From contig VBOW01000032.1 in the NCBI GenBank assembly GCA_005893275.1, positions 10,088-74,087 of the forward strand: a stretch of DNA of 64,000 nt. The letters run 5' to 3'. Below, in pieces: positions 47,795 to 56,808 of the stretch (its first letter is position 1; each line of letters begins with the position of its first letter). Under the pieces are notes generated by a model, which did not search any database, was not told where the DNA came from, and saw only the letters and a list, made by a program, of their open reading frames with translations. The position numbers and the translations under genes are program-made. This stretch comes from Candidatus Eiseniibacteriota bacterium. GTDB lineage: Bacteria > Eisenbacteria > RBG-16-71-46 > SZUA-252.

Positions 47795-47835
47795 CTTGGG
47801 CGATATTGCCGATTCCAGAACGGAGGTGAGTTTCA

Positions 47836-49179
47836 CTGACCCGATTCCGATCCCTACTCTTTCTTCTTGTCGCAGCGGGGCTTGCGGCTTTGAGCCCGCG
47901 GCTTCTGGGAAAGGGTTCGCCCTGCGACATCCTCATTCAGACCACGACGGATGTGAACGGCGAGCTCGCTCCCTGCGGCTGACACGCTCACCCGCTAGGC
48001 GGGCTCGCCCGGAGGGCGAGCCAATTCAACGTAGGCGCCATGAAGTTCCCGAACCACTTCCGCGTGGACTCCGGGGATTTCTTCGGCACGGCCGGGGAAC
48101 AGGATTCCCTCAAGAGCGCCTTCATGGTTCACGCCATGGATCGGCTCGGGTACGACGTTGTCACGCTCGGGGAGCGTGAGTTCAACTTCGGCCAGGCGTT
48201 CCTTCTCGACACCTTCAAGAAAACGAAGATCGACGTCGTCTCGTCCAACCTGTTTTACGCCGACACGAAGAAGCCGTTCGTGAAGCCCTACGTCATTCGC
48301 AAGATGTGCTCCTTGCGGGTGGCGTTCTTCGGTCTCATCGGGAAGGACATGCGGATCCGCACGCTCGTGAGCGAGCGGGCGCTCGAGGTGAAAGATCCGT
48401 TCGCGACCGCAAAAGCCCTCGTCCCCGAGCTCCGGAAGAAGGCGGACATCGTGGTGCTGCTCTCCCACCTTGGGCTTACGGAGAGTCAACGTCTGACGCT
48501 GGAGGTGCCCGGGATCGACGTCATGGTGTTCGGGCATCAGCCCGGACTATTCCGCGAGATCGCGAAGACGAACGGCGTCATCAACACCCGCGCCGGCGAT
48601 CGCGGGCAATACATCCCCGGCGTGCACCTGGTCATCGAGGATGGCAAGATTTCCTCGTACGACGGCGAGGTCGTGGGGCTGGACGACAAGATCCCCGCGG
48701 ACGACGACATGAATCACCTCGTGGACGCCTTCAACGATGAATTGAACCGGCGCTTCTCCAACAACCCCAATGCCAACACGCCCGAGGTGCGGCCGGTCTC
48801 GGCCTCGGGGGATCATTATCTGGGAGAGAAGAACTGCCGCCGCTGCCACGAGGCCGAGTACCAGATGTACTCCAGCCAGGCCCACGCGCACGCCTTCGAG
48901 ACGCTGACGAAGAACCAGCGCGACTCGACCCCCGAATGCCTGCCCTGCCATGTCGTCGGGTACGGTCAGGCGGGCGGGTTCGCGTCCAAGCAGACCACCC
49001 CCGATCTCGTGAACGTGCAGTGCGAGAATTGCCACGGTATGGGCACCAAACATCCGGAGAAGGGTGACCCCACCGCAGTCGTGGGTCCTGACGTGTGTCT
49101 CACCTGCCACACACACGAGCAGAATCCGAATTTCGACTACGACGAGGCGCTCACGCATATTGTCCACTGGCATCCGTAG
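47836..49179 (+). CDS. exported fusion protein: signal peptide + catalytically degenerate 5'-nucleotidase/metallophosphatase-like domain + C-terminal tetrahaem cytochrome c; in-frame TGA at 47980..47982 (candidate selenocysteine) or a nonsense pseudogene
   Basis: The same frame as the listed ORF 48040..49179 is open upstream and reads LTRFRSLLFLLVAAGLAALSPRLLGKGSPCDILIQTTTDVNGELAPCG-TGA-HAHPLGGLARRASQFNVGAMKFPNHF.... This is a signal peptide followed by 5'-nucleotidase motif I. The downstream part has nucleotidase motifs in degenerate form (SGD, GEREF) and CRRCH, CLPCH, CENCH, CLTCH. The 48040 start alone would give a haem protein with no export signal. No ATG/GTG/TTG precedes the signal peptide; CTG at 47836 sits 6 nt after GGAGGTGA. 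Confidence 0.55.
48002..48022 (+). promoter_or_regulatory. candidate bSECIS-like stem-loop (9-bp stem ggctcgccc/gggcgagcc, GGA apical loop) 31 nt downstream of the in-frame UGA
   Basis: Read directly from the sequence. The geometry fits the general bacterial SECIS description (UGA-to-apical-loop distance in the 16-37 nt range, G in the first loop positions). Confidence 0.35.
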
Positions 49180-50134
49180 GGGAGGCAGGACCGCCCTAGC
49201 CGCCCTCGCATGTCTCCTCATGGCGAGCGGCTCCCCCCGGGCGCAAAGCGTCAAGCTTCGAGCGCTCACCATTCCATCCGACTGCCAGCCGGGCAGTTGG
49301 GTCTCCTACAGCATTCAGGTGGATTCCAAGAACCGGCCCCCGCGCCGGTTCACGCAGAGGCTTGCGGTCGTCGCTCGCGAGGGTTGGGGCGAGGAGTCGG
49401 GGGCGTGGGTGGAGCTCAAGACCGCGGAAGGCGGGAGGACGCGGATCGAACGCGGATTCTTCGCGCAGGGCGAAGCCTCGGATCGGGGGCGTCTCCCGAA
49501 CGCCCCGCTCGTGCTCCGGCGCTACCAGATGCTTACTCCGGACGGACGGCTCTTCGAATATCCGGTCGGCGGGGAAGGCGGGCCGATGCCGGATGAGGAC
49601 ATCTCGGCCATGGACCTTCTCGAATTCAAGGGAATCGCGAAGATCGATTCACTCGCGGCCGACACGCTCCGCGCCGACCGCACGGTCCTCCCCTGCAGCG
49701 TGGAACGAGTAACCCGATATGGAAAAGACGAATGGCCGGCCGAGGACACGACCTTCGTGAACCGCGCGGTCATGACGCGCACCTCGTGGAGGAATCCCTC
49801 GATCCCGGTCACCGGCTACGCGCGGACGATTCTCGAGGTATCAACCGAACGGGCTCCGGCGCGAGCCGTCGCGGATTCGGTCGCCGCGGGCTCGGCCGCG
49901 GGGGGCCCGGCCGCCGAGGAAGCCGCCGCGGGCCCGGCCGGCGCGGACTCGGCCCATTCAGCCCCCGCCGATTCGACGATGCCGATCCTCCGGCCCGCGA
50001 GCCGACGGTTCTTCTACCGAGCCGAGGTTACCCTGCTCCACCTGGGGAAGGACGCCATCCCGGAAATCACCCAGGCTCCGGAGCCCGCCCCGGAAGAAGG
50101 TTCGCCGCGAGCCAAGCCGGGCGCCAATCGCTAG
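49160..50134 (+). CDS. hypothetical secreted protein (Ala/Pro-rich C-terminus)
   Basis: TTG at 49160 gives (M)STGIRRGGRTALAALACLLMASGSPRAQS, a plausible Sec signal. It overlaps the cytochrome gene end by 20 nt. ATG 49220 is the alternative start but gives no signal. No recognisable domain. Confidence 0.45.
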   Translation: MSTGIRRGGRTALAALACLLMASGSPRAQSVKLRALTIPSDCQPGSWVSYSIQVDSKNRPPRRFTQRLAVVAREGWGEESGAWVELKTAEGGRTRIERGFFAQGEASDRGRLPNAPLVLRRYQMLTPDGRLFEYPVGGEGGPMPDEDISAMDLLEFKGIAKIDSLAADTLRADRTVLPCSVERVTRYGKDEWPAEDTTFVNRAVMTRTSWRNPSIPVTGYARTILEVSTERAPARAVADSVAAGSAAGGPAAEEAAAGPAGADSAHSAPADSTMPILRPASRRFFYRAEVTLLHLGKDAIPEITQAPEPAPEEGSPRAKPGANR

Positions 50135-50287
50135 ACGCCACGCGAGCCGGCCTGACGGCGTAGGAACCACCCGCTTCAGCCGCGCCCAAATTTCTCCAGA
50201 TACCCCGCTTCAAGGCCGATACCTGCGACGTGGCCGGCCGGTGTGCGGCCCCGGTCCGTAAACCCTTATTCAGGCGTGGGAGTATCT

Positions 50288-52009
50288 ATGGCGCAAGGTG
50301 GGCGCAAACCGCTCGGGCAGAGCCTCGTGGAGCAGGGACACCTCTCGCGCGAGGGACTCGCCCGCGCGCTCGAGGAGCAGCGTCGCACGGGACAGGCCCT
50401 CCGGGAGGTGCTTCTCCGGCTCGAGCTGGTCTCGGAGGAGGCGATCCTCGACTACTACGAAGGGCAGCTTGGGATTCCGCGCATGGATCTCACGACCTAC
50501 GTCCTCGAGCCGGAAATCGTGCGCCTCGTACCCGAGCGGATCGAGCGGCAGTTCAAGCTCGTCCCGCTGTTCAAGATCGGAGACACCCTCACGATCGCGA
50601 TGGTCGATCCTCTCGACATCGTCGCCTTGGACGAGGTGAAGCTCGCCACTGGGCTCGAGGTCGAGGTGGTCGTCTCTCCGGAACCGCAGATACGCGAGGC
50701 GGTGGATCGCTACCACCCGCTCGGCGGCGGGCTCGAGATCCTCGTTCGGGAGCAGGGGCGGAAGCAAGGCGCCGTGGCCGCGGAAGCCGTGGCCCACGCC
50801 GAGGAGGACGGGCCGGTCATCCGATTCGTGAACGCGGTCGTGCACCAGGCGGTTCGCGAGGGGGCCTCCGACCTCCACTTCGAGCCCGACGAGGCCAATC
50901 TCAGAATCCGCTACCGCGTGGACGGGATTCTCCGCGAAGCGTCCATCCAATCGAAATCGATCCACCCTTCCGTCGTTTCCAGGGTGAAGATCATGGCCCA
51001 GCTCGACATCTCCGAGCGCCGCCTTCCACAAGACGGGCGTGCCCGCATCGAGATTTCAGGGAAGGAATACGACATGCGGGTCTCGACCTTCCCCACGATC
51101 CACGGCGAGAACGTGGTGCTGCGAATCCTGGACAAGTCGAGCGCGTTGCTCGGGACCTCGGAGCTAGGGCTCGCCCCGGGTCCGCTCGCCGAGCTCTCGC
51201 GGATGATCGAGCGGCCGAACGGCATCGTGCTTGTCACCGGCCCGACGGGAAGCGGGAAGACGACGACCCTCTATTCCTGCATCGGAAAGATCAACACGGT
51301 CGAGCGAAACATTGTCACCCTCGAAGATCCCGTGGAGTACCACATTCCGTCGATCCGCCAAACCCAGGTGGATCCGGACATCGGGCTCACCTTCTCGCGC
51401 GGCCTGCGCGCGCTGCTGCGACAGGACCCGGACGTGATCATGGTCGGCGAGATCCGCGACAGCGAAACGGCTGAAATCGCGGTCCGCTCCGCGCTCACCG
51501 GGCATCTCGTGCTCTCGACCCTCCACACCAACGACGCCGCGGGCGCACTGCCGCGGCTTCTCGACATGAAGATCGAGCCGTTTCTTCTCTCCTCGGCGAT
51601 GCTCGGGGTGGTGGCCCAGCGCCTGGTGCGGAGGGTATGCGAGAAGTGCCGCCGCCGAAGCGCGCCGCCGGTCGAGGCGCTCGAGGAGCTGGGGGCAGGC
51701 GCGATCAAAGGCGAGTTCGTCGTCGGCGCGGGCTGCCTGGCATGCGGACAGACGGGGTACCGCGGCAGGATGGGAATCTTCGAGGTGCTGGTCGTCACCG
51801 ACGAAATCCGCGACCTGATCGTCTCGCGCGCCTCGACCGAAGAGCTTGTGCGCGCCGCGCGCCGCGGCGGCATGCAGTCGCTGCGCGATGACGCGCTGCG
51901 CAAGGCGGCCCGGGGGGTCACGACGCTCCAAGAGGTGATCCGGGTCACGCGAAAGAACCTCCTCCTGGCCTCGGACGCGGACCAAGCCACGCTCCCGGCC
52001 CGCGGGTAG
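50288..52009 (+). CDS. pilB: type IV pilus assembly ATPase PilB (GspE family)
   Basis: N-terminal T2SE_N domain, Walker A GPTGSGKTT, Asp/His boxes and tetracysteine CEKC...CLAC. Start at MAQGG (ATG 50288, GGGAG upstream). Confidence 0.9.
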   Translation: MAQGGRKPLGQSLVEQGHLSREGLARALEEQRRTGQALREVLLRLELVSEEAILDYYEGQLGIPRMDLTTYVLEPEIVRLVPERIERQFKLVPLFKIGDTLTIAMVDPLDIVALDEVKLATGLEVEVVVSPEPQIREAVDRYHPLGGGLEILVREQGRKQGAVAAEAVAHAEEDGPVIRFVNAVVHQAVREGASDLHFEPDEANLRIRYRVDGILREASIQSKSIHPSVVSRVKIMAQLDISERRLPQDGRARIEISGKEYDMRVSTFPTIHGENVVLRILDKSSALLGTSELGLAPGPLAELSRMIERPNGIVLVTGPTGSGKTTTLYSCIGKINTVERNIVTLEDPVEYHIPSIRQTQVDPDIGLTFSRGLRALLRQDPDVIMVGEIRDSETAEIAVRSALTGHLVLSTLHTNDAAGALPRLLDMKIEPFLLSSAMLGVVAQRLVRRVCEKCRRRSAPPVEALEELGAGAIKGEFVVGAGCLACGQTGYRGRMGIFEVLVVTDEIRDLIVSRASTEELVRAARRGGMQSLRDDALRKAARGVTTLQEVIRVTRKNLLLASDADQATLPARG

Positions 52010-52012
52010 CCT

Positions 52013-53230
52013 GTGCCCGCGTTCCGATACCGGGCTCTGAGCGCGGCGGGGCAGGCGCAGCAGGGACTGCTCGAGGCTCCCGACCTGGACCAGGCGCTGG
52101 ACCGGATCCATCGCATGGGGCTCACGCCGGTGCGGCTCGAGGCCCACGGCGCGCCCGGCGCCCGCGCCGCCGGGATCCCGTTCCTCCAGAAGAAGGTCAC
52201 AGCGCGGGATCTGATTCTCTTCACGCGGCAGCTCGAGACCATGCTCGACTCGGGTCTTCCGATCCTCTCCGCGCTCGAGATCCTCCATGCCCAGACGACG
52301 CAGCCCAAGCTCAAGCCGGCGATCGACCGCGTACGGTCGGACGTCGAGCAGGGGTCCACGCTCACCGAAGCGTTGCGCAGGCACCCCGACTGCTTTCCCC
52401 GGATCTACGTGAACCTCGTCTTCGCGGGGGAAGAGGGCGGCCTCTTGGCGCAGATGCTGGACCGGGTCGCGAGCCTTCTCGAGTACGAGGCGGAGACGGA
52501 TCAGCGGATCCGTTCCGCCACCTTCTATCCGACCCTGATCGTGACGGAGCTCGTGCTCGCGTTCCTGGTCCTGATCAAGTTCGTTCTGCCGCGTTTCGCG
52601 TCCCTGTTCCGGAATTTCAACACCCAGCTGCCCCTTCCGACCCGCGTGCTCATCGGTCTGAGCGATTTCTTCGAGCACCAGTGGATCCCGTTCGTGTTCT
52701 TCACCGCGTGCGCCGCGGCCGGCGGCGTCCTCTGGAGCCGGACCGCGCGCGGCCGCACGACCATCGACCGATTCGTCATTACCGTCCCGATCTTCGGGCC
52801 GATCTTTCTCATGACGATCATGTCTCGCTTTTCGCGCGTTCTCTCGGCGCTTCTCGGGAGCGGCATCCCGATCGTTCAGGCGCTCGACATCGTGCGCGGG
52901 GTCGTCGGGAACCGGGTGATCGAGGCCGAAATCGACAGGATGCGCGATGGCGTCGTGGCCGGCCAGGGATTGGCCGAGCCGCTCAAGGGGAGCGCGATCT
53001 TTCCGCCCCTGGTGGTCAAGATGCTGGCGGTGGGTGAGGAGACCGGCGCGGTGGACAAGATGCTCCTCCGCGTATCTCGATATTACGACCAGGACGTCGA
53101 TTACGCGGTCAAGAACCTCTCCACGGCGATCGAACCGGTGCTCCTCGTCATCCTCGGCGTGGCCGTTCTCTTCACCGCTTTGGCCGTATTCCTCCCCCTT
53201 TGGAACCTCATGTCCGTGTTCCGCCACTAG
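52013..53230 (+). CDS. pilC: type IV pilus inner-membrane platform protein PilC (GspF family)
   Basis: Two T2SSF repeats. GTG start 4 nt after the pilB stop. Confidence 0.85.
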   Translation: MPAFRYRALSAAGQAQQGLLEAPDLDQALDRIHRMGLTPVRLEAHGAPGARAAGIPFLQKKVTARDLILFTRQLETMLDSGLPILSALEILHAQTTQPKLKPAIDRVRSDVEQGSTLTEALRRHPDCFPRIYVNLVFAGEEGGLLAQMLDRVASLLEYEAETDQRIRSATFYPTLIVTELVLAFLVLIKFVLPRFASLFRNFNTQLPLPTRVLIGLSDFFEHQWIPFVFFTACAAAGGVLWSRTARGRTTIDRFVITVPIFGPIFLMTIMSRFSRVLSALLGSGIPIVQALDIVRGVVGNRVIEAEIDRMRDGVVAGQGLAEPLKGSAIFPPLVVKMLAVGEETGAVDKMLLRVSRYYDQDVDYAVKNLSTAIEPVLLVILGVAVLFTALAVFLPLWNLMSVFRH

Positions 53231-53346
53231 CACGGCGGGCAGGCGGCTCAAGATCGGCAGCCGAATTGCCGATTGCAATTCCGGACCCAGATTAACCAAA
53301 GCCCCGATGGGTGGGGCGAGCGAGGCCAATCATGGAGGTTGTGCGT

Positions 53347-53727
53347 ATGCATCGGAACAGTTCTGAGGGCGGTTTCACCCTGATCGAGCTCGTGATCGTG
53401 ATCGTGATCCTCGGCATCCTCGCCGCGGTCGCGATTCCGAAGTACGAGGACATGCGTGAGCAGGCCCGCGTGGCCACGCTCAAGGGACAGCTCGGCTCGA
53501 TCCGCTCGGCGGTCGCGATCCAATACGCGCGCAACGCCTTGAACGGCTCGGCGGCGTTCCCCGTGTTGAACGGGACCATTTTCGCCGACGGCAATGTCCC
53601 GAAGGAGCCGGTCAACAACTCGAGCGCGGTCAAGACGACGCCGGGTGTCGATAACGCGGGCGGCTGGCAGTACAGCTCGACGACCGGAATCGTGAAGGCC
53701 AACCTGAACGCGTACTCGTCCTACTAA
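53347..53727 (+). CDS. pilA: type IV major pilin (prepilin with class III signal)
   Basis: Leader MHRNSSEG followed by G|FTLIELVIVIVILGILAAVAIP. GGAGG 8 nt upstream of ATG 53347. 126 aa with an AT-richer N-terminal codon region. Confidence 0.85.
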   Translation: MHRNSSEGGFTLIELVIVIVILGILAAVAIPKYEDMREQARVATLKGQLGSIRSAVAIQYARNALNGSAAFPVLNGTIFADGNVPKEPVNNSSAVKTTPGVDNAGGWQYSSTTGIVKANLNAYSSY

Positions 53728-53831
53728 AGCTTACCTTTCAGCGGCTTCAGGGTGGGGCTGAGGTGGGAGCGATGCGCTTCCACCTCTTGCGCCATTCTGG
53801 GGCAGATCCCGTCGTGGATCGGGGGACTCGC

Positions 53832-55811
53832 ATGCGCTGGACCGGCGCGGGGGCAGGAAGCCTCGCCGCCGCGGCGATCGCGGCATCCGTCTATGGCCTG
53901 ACGCTCTCGCCTACCGTCGGAGCGGGGGATAGCGGCGAATTGATCCTCGCGGCTCATTCCCTGGGCATCCCCCATCCTCCCGGGTATCCGCTCTGGACTC
54001 TCCTCGCTCGCGCCGCCGCTGCGTTGCCTTGGGGGACGGTCGCGCTGCGTGTCAACGCGCTCTCGGCGGTTCTAGCCGCGTTTGCCGCGGGGCTCTTCTA
54101 TCTTCTCGCGGCACGATGCGGCCTCCCAAAGGCCGGGCGGCTCGCGGCCACGCTGATCTTCGCCGGATCCACCCTTCTCTGGGACTCCGCGGTCCAAGCG
54201 GAGGTCTACTCGCTCGCGACCGTCGCGTTCGTCGCGCTCTCCCTGGCGGCGTTCGCGGCCAGGTCGAAGGGAGGAGCCTCCGCCCGGGCCGACGCCATTT
54301 TCTTCTTCACGGCGGGCCTGGCGTTGCTCGCGCATCAGACCCTCCTTTTCCCCGCCGTGGTGCTCGCCATCTGGGTGCTGGCGCGCCGGATGAGCCCAGG
54401 ACGGGCGGCGGCCGCCCTCGCGTGGGGGACCGTGGGTTTCTCGATCGTGCTCGCGCTGCCGATCCGGAGCGCCGCCCATCCCTGGTTCGATTGGGGCCAG
54501 GACCACAACCTGGCTTCCCTGTGGGACAACCTCATTCGACGGAATTACGGCGGCCTGCGGCAGAACGCGTTCCGGCTGGACCGCACCGTCGGTGAGATCG
54601 TCTGCATGGGGGGGCTGGTGGCCGCCTCGTGCGGGGCCGTGGGCGCCTCGCTCGCGGCGCTCGGAGCGGTGATCGCGGGCCGGAGGCGCACAGCGCTCCT
54701 GCCGCTCACCGCGGCGTCGCTCGCCATCCCCGCGGCCCTCATCGCGTTCGTCGGCTTCACGCCGGACGCCGAGCATCTCGCGCAGATCGGCCCGTTCTTG
54801 ATTCCGTGCGTAGCGGTCCTGGCCCTGTGGGCGGGCGCGGGCCTCGGGAGGGGGCTCAAGCGCGCTCCAAGGTTCGCCCGCGCCCCGATCGCGGCCGCCT
54901 GTGCGCTCGCCTTGCTTATCCCGGCCACCCTCCACTACCGCCTCTGTGATCGGAACGGATTCCGGCTTCCCGAGCGCTACGGGCGGGATCTCTTGGAGCC
55001 GCTCCCCCGAGGCGCCACGCTCGTTCTGGACGGCGACAACGAGACATTCCTCGCCGCCTATCTCTCGCGGGTCGAAGGCGTGCGCGCCGACCTCGTCCTC
55101 GTCAATCGCCGCGGCCACGTCTTCGGCGACCCCTACGGTCTCGGGGGGGTTCCGCGCTCCAGGTGGACCGAGATCCAGCGCCGTGTCGATCTCGAGCGGC
55201 TCAGGAACACGGCCTCGCCGGTCTACTACGCGACCCCGCCCGAGGATCTCGTGCGATCGGGCGTCCGTTTCCGAAATGAAGGGCTCGTGTACAGGGCGGT
55301 TTTGCCCGAGCGCGCGGGCGCGGACGCGGACACGAACCGGGTGGAAGCCGGCTCCTGGGCCAGGAGCACCGACCTTCTCCCCGGCGGACCGGAACGGTAC
55401 GACTACGTGACGCGGAAGCTGGCGATCACCTATTCCGCGACTCGGTCGCAGGCGCTCTGGGAGGCGGGGCGATACGAGGACGCGCTCCCTTGGTTTGAGG
55501 ACGCGGCCCGGGTGGGATTCGATTTCCCGGAGGCGCGCATGAATCTGGCCGTGGCGGCGGCCGCCGCGGGAAGGCCGGAAGTCACGTTGGCCGAGCTGGT
55601 CGCCGCGATGAGGCTCGCCCCCTACGACCCGGAGCCTTCGGCTCGGCTCGCGGTCTTGTTCGCGGTCGCCGGGCGGTATCGGGACGCGGCGGTCTATTTC
55701 GAGCGGGCGTACAGGATTTCCCCCTCGGTGGAGCTCGCGGCGAACGCTGCGCGGGCCTGGTCTCTGGCCGGGGATCGGGAGCGCGCACGCTACTGGGAAG
55801 CGAAAGGATGA
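53832..55811 (+). CDS. GT-C fold membrane glycosyltransferase (DUF2723 / PMT-ArnT-like) with C-terminal TPR-like domain
   Basis: Multi-TM N-terminal half with an early conserved SGEL motif, soluble C-terminal half with TPR-like repeats. Start taken at MRWTGAG. Located between pilA and the minor pilins. Confidence 0.65.
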   Translation: MRWTGAGAGSLAAAAIAASVYGLTLSPTVGAGDSGELILAAHSLGIPHPPGYPLWTLLARAAAALPWGTVALRVNALSAVLAAFAAGLFYLLAARCGLPKAGRLAATLIFAGSTLLWDSAVQAEVYSLATVAFVALSLAAFAARSKGGASARADAIFFFTAGLALLAHQTLLFPAVVLAIWVLARRMSPGRAAAALAWGTVGFSIVLALPIRSAAHPWFDWGQDHNLASLWDNLIRRNYGGLRQNAFRLDRTVGEIVCMGGLVAASCGAVGASLAALGAVIAGRRRTALLPLTAASLAIPAALIAFVGFTPDAEHLAQIGPFLIPCVAVLALWAGAGLGRGLKRAPRFARAPIAAACALALLIPATLHYRLCDRNGFRLPERYGRDLLEPLPRGATLVLDGDNETFLAAYLSRVEGVRADLVLVNRRGHVFGDPYGLGGVPRSRWTEIQRRVDLERLRNTASPVYYATPPEDLVRSGVRFRNEGLVYRAVLPERAGADADTNRVEAGSWARSTDLLPGGPERYDYVTRKLAITYSATRSQALWEAGRYEDALPWFEDAARVGFDFPEARMNLAVAAAAAGRPEVTLAELVAAMRLAPYDPEPSARLAVLFAVAGRYRDAAVYFERAYRISPSVELAANAARAWSLAGDRERARYWEAKG

Positions 55812-56362
55812 CCCCTCGATGCTCCGCCGTTTCGAACGGGACCCCGCGCGCGGGTCAATCCCCCAACGGCTGCCGGGGATTCACGCTCCCGGAGCTCATC
55901 ATCATCATCTCGATCCTTGGGATTCTGAGCTGGCTCGCCTACCCCAAGGTCGTGGCGATGGACGAGATCAAGCTGGACGCGGCCGCTCGCCGCATGGCCG
56001 CCGATCTCCGCTACGCGCAGAGCCTCGCGATGAGCAAGCGCGTGATCCACGGCCTCCTCTTCGAGCCCTCGCTCGGGCGCTACACGGTATTCGCTCCCAC
56101 GTCCGGGTCGCCGATCACCGATCCCGCGGACCGGGCCAGGCCCATGCGGGTGGATTACACGTCGCGCTCCGAGTTCAAGGGGGTCCTGATCCAATCCGCC
56201 GCGTTCGGGAGCACCCCGGGCGTTACCTTCGACTATTTCGGCGTTCCGCGCGACACGGCCGGGGTCGATCTCACCTCCGATGGCCGCGTCGTCCTGAGCT
56301 ACCAAGGGGTGACCGACACCGTTCTCGTCGCGCCCCAAACCGGAATGGTGACCACCCGATGA
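55808..56362 (+). CDS. minor pilin / pseudopilin (FimT/GspH-like)
   Basis: Prepilin motif G|FTLPELIIIISILGIL after a 24-aa leader. ATGA overlap with the upstream stop. Confidence 0.7.
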   Translation: MTPRCSAVSNGTPRAGQSPNGCRGFTLPELIIIISILGILSWLAYPKVVAMDEIKLDAAARRMAADLRYAQSLAMSKRVIHGLLFEPSLGRYTVFAPTSGSPITDPADRARPMRVDYTSRSEFKGVLIQSAAFGSTPGVTFDYFGVPRDTAGVDLTSDGRVVLSYQGVTDTVLVAPQTGMVTTR

Positions 56363-56808
56363 GCGCGCGCGACGCCCGCCGCGCGGACGGACCGGGCCGA
56401 GCCCCGTCCACGCGCGTCTCCGGCCGCCCGGCGGGGTTCACGCTCGTGGAAATCGTGCTCATCATCGTCATCGCCGCGGTGGCGATCCTCCCGCTCAGCA
56501 TGCTCTTCGCGAACACGTCGATCCGGTCGGGGGACGCACGGAACGCGACGATCGCGGCGCAGCTCGCGCAGGCGAAGATGGAGGAGCTTGCCGCCGACAG
56601 AAACTCGCCCACCCGCGGCTTCTCCTATCTCGTCGCGGCGAACTACCCGGCCGAGAGCCCGGTGCCCGCCTTCCCGGGCTACAGCCGTTCCGTTGCGTTC
56701 GCCTCCGATTCGACCTACGACGGCGTCACATTCCGCACCGTGGGGGTGACGGTCGTCTGTCCCAACATTCCACCCGTGACGCTGACGACATGGTTCACGA
56801 GCTACTGA
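56359..56808 (+). CDS. minor pilin / pseudopilin (PilV/GspI-like)
   Basis: Prepilin motif AG|FTLVEIVLIIVIAAVAI. ATGA overlap. Confidence 0.7.
   Translation: MSARDARRADGPGRAPSTRVSGRPAGFTLVEIVLIIVIAAVAILPLSMLFANTSIRSGDARNATIAAQLAQAKMEELAADRNSPTRGFSYLVAANYPAESPVPAFPGYSRSVAFASDSTYDGVTFRTVGVTVVCPNIPPVTLTTWFTSY

Noticed and set aside
47781-48179. 132-aa + ORF covering the promoter and 5' end of the cytochrome locus
   Set aside because: It begins inside the putative -10 element. Its frame translates the signal-peptide region into a non-hydrophobic string, whereas the +1 frame gives a textbook signal peptide plus nucleotidase motif I.
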